The notes under the pieces were generated by a model, which did no database searches, was not told where the DNA came from, and saw nothing but the letters and a program-made list of their open reading frames with translations. From IMG/VR virus record IMGVR_UViG_3300010340_000980: DNA of 20,000 bases; one strand, given 5' to 3'. Of the stretch, positions 16,990-20,000 are shown piece by piece; within the stretch, counting starts at the first letter, position 1; each line of letters opens with the position of its first letter. The position numbers were made by a program, and so were the translations under genes. Source of the DNA: an uncultured virus (IMG/VR IMGVR_UViG_3300010340_000980) (taxonomy: Duplodnaviria > Heunggongvirae > Uroviricota > Caudoviricetes).

Positions 16990-17077
16990 TGCCTCAGGTG
17001 GGACTCGAACCCACAACGTTTTCCACAAGGGTATTAGTTTCTAAAACTAATGCGTTTCACCGTTTCGCCACTGAGGC
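16990..17077 (-). tRNA. tRNA-Leu(TAG)
   Basis: GCCTCAG/CTGAGGC; TTAGT-TTTAGAA-ACTAA; long variable region. Confidence 0.9.
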
Positions 17078-17086
17078 ATTTATTCG

Positions 17087-17169
17087 TACCCAAGGAGAGA
17101 CTCGAACTCTCACGTCCTTTCAGACACCGGCTTCTTAGACCGGGGTGTCTACCATTCCACCACCTGGGC
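17087..17169 (-). tRNA. tRNA-Leu(AAG)
   Basis: GCCCAGG/CTTGGGT; CCGGT-CTAAGAA-GCCGG; GTC-TGAAAG-GAC variable arm. Confidence 0.9.
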
Positions 17170-17215
17170 ATTACCATTTCGCATTTTAAGAGTGCGATAT
17201 GTCACCTTCTCTTTG

Positions 17216-17290
17216 TACTCCCCATCGGATTCGAACCGATACCTGTACAGGGTTTAAGTCTGTTGCCTCTGCCGATTGGGCTACGGGAGC
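17216..17290 (-). tRNA. tRNA-Leu(TAA) lacking a long variable arm
   Basis: GCTCCC/GGGAGT acceptor (G-G at pair 7); loop CTTAAAC; ATCGG-TTCGAAT-CCGAT. Confidence 0.82.
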
Positions 17291-17300
17291 ATTTATTATA

Positions 17301-17432
17301 CTATATTACAATATTCCATCCTATTGACATTTCTATAATTGATTTCGCCATTGGAAAACATCTTTTTATTTCTTCCTTTTTCATTCCATTTACTTGACAG
17401 AATGCCCTTCCATTTATCATTATAATTTTCAT
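17301..17432 (-). CDS. small hypothetical protein (43 aa, MKIIMINGRAFCQ...GWNIVI)
   Basis: Hand-translated; A-rich leader; exactly fills the space between the attenuator and the first tRNA. Confidence 0.55.
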   Translation of the reverse strand: MKIIMINGRAFCQVNGMKKEEIKRCFPMAKSIIEMSIGWNIVI

Positions 17433-17462
17433 CTTTATTTTTTTTAATATTGTTTTTAAAAT

Positions 17463-17496
17463 AAAAAAACCCGAACTTCTTTCGATGTTCGGGTTT
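17463..17496 (-). terminator. intrinsic terminator of the leader (attenuator)
   Basis: AAACCCGAAC-ATCGAAAGAA-GTTCGGG followed by a T7 tract on the minus strand. Confidence 0.88.
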
Positions 17497-17517
17497 GTAT
17501 TATTTGGAGTTATTACT

Positions 17518-17628
17518 TCACCTTAAGATGAATCCAAATTTTGCACAACCCGAACCAACGGTTCTAATACATAACGTATTATTCACCATTGTGAGATTCA
17601 AATTGATATTTAGATTCATTGTTTTCAT
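17518..17628 (-). CDS. attenuator leader peptide, 36 aa (MKTMNLNINLNLTMVNNTLCIRTVGSGCAKFGFILR)
   Basis: ATG 17628 to TGA 17518; ends 21 nt before the terminator; contains GTTCGGGTT complementary to the terminator 5' arm; codons mirror the downstream anticodons. Confidence 0.8.
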   Translation of the reverse strand: MKTMNLNINLNLTMVNNTLCIRTVGSGCAKFGFILR

Positions 17629-17635
17629 TATTTCT

Positions 17636-17644
17636 TATATATTA
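17636..17644 (-). promoter_or_regulatory. TAATATATA phage promoter-like motif upstream of the leader
   Basis: Same motif precedes at least eight gene starts in this window. Confidence 0.6.
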
Positions 17645-17675
17645 AAAAGTTTATGTCCCTTTTGATTTTGTTTTA

Positions 17676-17707
17676 CAAATATAAGGTGGATTTTTTATCC
17701 CACCAAA
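17676..17707 (-). promoter_or_regulatory. Bacteroidetes-type primary-sigma promoter (TTTG-N20-TATATTTG)
   Basis: Matches the -33 TTTG / -7 TAnnTTTG consensus and spacing. Confidence 0.7.
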
Positions 17708-17751
17708 TATTTTGTTTTTTAAATCTTTATGTGTTTGTTTTTATTGTATTA

Positions 17752-17782
17752 CAAATATACAATAAAGTTTTAAATTTCCAAA
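17752..17782 (-). promoter_or_regulatory. second Bacteroidetes-type promoter (TTTG-N19-TATATTTG)
   Basis: Same consensus, in tandem with the first. Confidence 0.7.
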
Positions 17783-17783
17783 T

Positions 17784-18010
17784 TTATTTTAAATTTTCAA
17801 AGAAATCAGATAACTCCTTTATTAATTTTTCATTGTTTTTAACTATATCATCTGATTCCGGACTATTATAATTAATTGGGTTATCAAAATTTAAGTTTGT
17901 GTTAAAACCCTTTTTTTGACCCAATTTAACATATCAGATAAGGCCCAAAAAACTTCATCAGGTGTGTCACTTCCCCAAGAGTGTAGTAATGTTAAGAAAA
18001 ATTTATTCAT
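17784..18010 (-). pseudogene. ~75-aa hypothetical gene with a 1-nt frameshift in an A7 run
   Basis: MNKFFLTLLHSWGSDTPDEVFWALSDMLNWVKK continues in the -1 frame as KGFNTNLNFDNP...FFENLK*; homopolymer at 17911-17917. Confidence 0.55.
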
Positions 18011-18027
18011 CTTTATAACTATTTAGT

Positions 18028-18450
18028 TTATACTACTTCTAAAACTTCAATGTCAAAAATCAAAGTTTGACCAGCTAATGGGTGATTAGCATCAACGATA
18101 ATATTATCATCATTAACTTCACGAACCATAAATGTCACCATTTCACCATTTTGCATATTTGCTTGAAGAGATTGACCAACTTGTACGCCTTGTGGCGCAT
18201 TAGTTTTTGGAACAGTAACTCTCAATTCATCTCTATATTCACCATAAGCTTCAATAGCAGGAATTTCAATAGTTTTTTTATCACCAGCAGAAAGACCTAG
18301 AATACCATTCTCAAAACCTGGGATTAGTGATCCTTCACCAATAACGAACTCAATTGGTTCTCTACCATCTTTCAATGAAGAATCAAACTCTTCATTATTT
18401 GTTAAACGACCAGTATAATGGGCTTTAACTTTACTACCTTCTTTAATCAT
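18028..18450 (-). CDS. FKBP-type peptidyl-prolyl isomerase (SlyD/SlpA-like, no His-rich tail)
   Basis: VKAHYTGRL...FDSS...GREPIEFVIGEGSLIPGFE...AYGE...VDANHPLAGQTLIFDIEV. Confidence 0.93.
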   Translation of the reverse strand: MIKEGSKVKAHYTGRLTNNEEFDSSLKDGREPIEFVIGEGSLIPGFENGILGLSAGDKKTIEIPAIEAYGEYRDELRVTVPKTNAPQGVQVGQSLQANMQNGEMVTFMVREVNDDNIIVDANHPLAGQTLIFDIEVLEVV

Positions 18451-18544
18451 TTTATTTAATTTAGTTTTTTATTTGTATAGAAAGATATTAAGAAAGTTGT
18501 GACTCTACCTTCTTTAATATTTGTAAAGATATTAAGAAAGTTTA

Positions 18545-18919
18545 TTAATAGTCAACATTGAATAAGAAGTCTTTTTCAGGAAAAATCCCTTTTCTTCTAA
18601 AGTAATTTACTATATCATTAGTAGCAATATACTCATATTTACCAAGTTTTTTATCTTTATATTTTTGAATCTTATCTTCTAATTCTTCCAGAGTAGGATA
18701 AAATTTATAAGTAGATTTAGGGTTATTGTCCATAAATTTAACTAACCCATAACAACCTGTTCCATATTCTTGACCAATCTCAAACTCTAATTCAACCCCA
18801 GTGTGTTGTTTAAAAAGATCATATAGATCATAATTATTACAATCACCTTCAATCTCAAAATACTCAGAAAGTTTTATTTTAGGACTTTCATCAGATTCAT
18901 TAAATTTTTTTATTATCAT
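18545..18919 (-). CDS. hypothetical protein (MIIKKFNES...)
   Basis: 124-aa ORF with the shared N-terminal motif. Confidence 0.78.
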   Translation of the reverse strand: MIIKKFNESDESPKIKLSEYFEIEGDCNNYDLYDLFKQHTGVELEFEIGQEYGTGCYGLVKFMDNNPKSTYKFYPTLEELEDKIQKYKDKKLGKYEYIATNDIVNYFRRKGIFPEKDFLFNVDY

Positions 18920-18924
18920 AGTAT

Positions 18925-19320
18925 TTAAACAAGTTTATTATAGAAATTCCAAAGTTTCTTTTTATCTTTTAAATTTAAAATTGTAAAACCCTCCTCAAAA
19001 AACCAATGTTCAGAATCATCATCTACACGACCATCCTCCTCAGCACTTTTTAAGTGTTCTGCAGCCATTTTATACATACTATCAAAGAACTTAACTTTAT
19101 CTTCTGTTGTATAATCACTTAACTCAATTACCGCATCATTTTCAGAATTTTGTAATTCATCAAGTTCTTTTTGTTTTCTGACAATTTCTGCCTCAATTTC
19201 TTTTCTTCTTCTGTCTTTAAAAGAACTCGTCGTGTTATCTGGCTGTCCAAAAATTTTATCATGAAGATCCTTAATCGGATCTGTTGATTCTGATTTGTTA
19301 AATTTTTTCAAGTGTTGCAT
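18925..19320 (-). CDS. hypothetical protein (MQHLKKFNKS...)
   Basis: 131-aa ORF; TAATATATA at 19348-19340. Confidence 0.78.
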   Translation of the reverse strand: MQHLKKFNKSESTDPIKDLHDKIFGQPDNTTSSFKDRRRKEIEAEIVRKQKELDELQNSENDAVIELSDYTTEDKVKFFDSMYKMAAEHLKSAEEDGRVDDDSEHWFFEEGFTILNLKDKKKLWNFYNKLV

Positions 19321-19358
19321 GTATTAAAATTATTTTAAATATATATTAAAAAGTCCAA

Positions 19359-20000
19359 TTAAAAAACTGGACTTTTAATTTTTACATCTTCACCATATAC
19401 AATTACACCAACTTTATTCTCAATAGTTGAGAGTGGTGGAAATTCTACTCGGTCAATAACCCATCTTTCAATTAGTAGATCTGGATTGAGTCTTGCTTGG
19501 TGTTTAGCTGGAAGTCTTTCAAGTTCTGAAGAACTAAACTTAGTAACAACTCGCTTTCTTTGAATATAACTACCTCTCTTAAAAAAAGATGGATAATCAT
19601 TCCAATTTACACCTTTTTGGAAAAGAAGTTCTTGTTTTTCAGAACCATTCTTACCCATAAGAAAATTATGTGAGTAGTATTCAGAAGCAGCCATTGTAAT
19701 AGAGTTCTTGGTTGCATCTTTCTCTCTCCAATAGAAAGTATTCACAGCTTCATCTACATTTGGAACATTCCAAACTCGACAGTCAAATCTTGGCATTTTA
19801 TCTTTCTTTTCTGGAAGATATTCAGCAAGTTTAGAATTGAAGAATACAGAACCCATTGAAGATAGATCTGAAATCATTTTGAAAAGTCTACCATCAAAAT
19901 AGATTTTTGATTCATGAGTATCAGAGTACCACATAAGAGTAATTTCATCACTTTGAGTGTAACCACAGTTAGCATTAGTCTCTTTTACAAGATACTTTGT
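19359..20000 (-). CDS. Thg1-like tRNA(His) guanylyltransferase / 3'-5' polymerase, 5'-partial
   Basis: Frame open to the window edge: GYTQSDEITL, FDGRLFK, FDCRV, WREKDATKNSI, GVNWNDYPSFFKRG. Confidence 0.92.
   Translation of the reverse strand, partial: TKYLVKETNANCGYTQSDEITLMWYSDTHESKIYFDGRLFKMISDLSSMGSVFFNSKLAEYLPEKKDKMPRFDCRVWNVPNVDEAVNTFYWREKDATKNSITMAASEYYSHNFLMGKNGSEKQELLFQKGVNWNDYPSFFKRGSYIQRKRVVTKFSSSELERLPAKHQARLNPDLLIERWVIDRVEFPPLSTIENKVGVIVYGEDVKIKSPVF

Noticed and set aside
14800..17290. CRISPR array suggested by recurring TTCGAA/GAACC strings
   Set aside because: These are tRNA T-arm motifs; there is no constant repeat-spacer periodicity and no cas gene.
16188..17397. Plus-strand ORFs 16188-16442, 16488-16712 and 17050-17397
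   Set aside because: They are antisense to GC-rich tRNA genes, i.e. shadow ORFs.
17905..17920. Programmed -1 frameshift at GTC AAA AAA AGG
   Set aside because: The A_AAA_AAG heptamer is not in the required zero-frame phase and I see no stimulatory structure; a homopolymer indel or sequencing error is simpler.
7568..18300. Short ORFs 7568-7798, 8774-8992, 13994-14185, 15559-15798, 17653-17871, 18082-18300
   Set aside because: Antisense to or out of frame with well-supported genes or promoters; no motifs.
1..20000. Stop-codon reassignment as seen in some large phages
   Set aside because: Genes are full length and tightly packed under code 11, TGA ends several genes, and there is no suppressor (CTA/TCA) tRNA.

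Overview
Strongly AT-rich segment of a large T4-like (jumbo/huge) phage. A Bacteroidetes host is inferred from two TTTG-N19/20-TATATTTG promoters. Left part: putative virion genes, a 2OG-Fe(II) oxygenase and a run of hypothetical genes with an N-terminal MKxxKKFNE(S)-type motif. These are interrupted by a 7,450-bp IS1595-family element (26-bp perfect TIRs, 8-bp TSD) carrying a mosaic cargo: a 5'-truncated helicase-methyltransferase, a DUF3892-like gene and two HExxH paralogs. Next come a mini major-capsid-protein homolog and a GIY-YIG/T5orf172 gene. Right part (minus strand): Thg1-like polymerase, FKBP PPIase and an array of 14 tRNAs, 2 topologically rearranged tRNA-like genes, 2 related stem-closed ncRNAs and an HNH endonuclease. 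Main discovery: an unannotated 36-codon leader peptide (17628-17518) with terminator/antiterminator hairpins sits upstream of the array. 23 of its first 24 codons are read by the array's tRNAs, and all 13 array anticodons are sampled. This is a candidate multi-codon attenuator that switches on phage tRNAs when the matching host tRNAs are depleted or cleaved.
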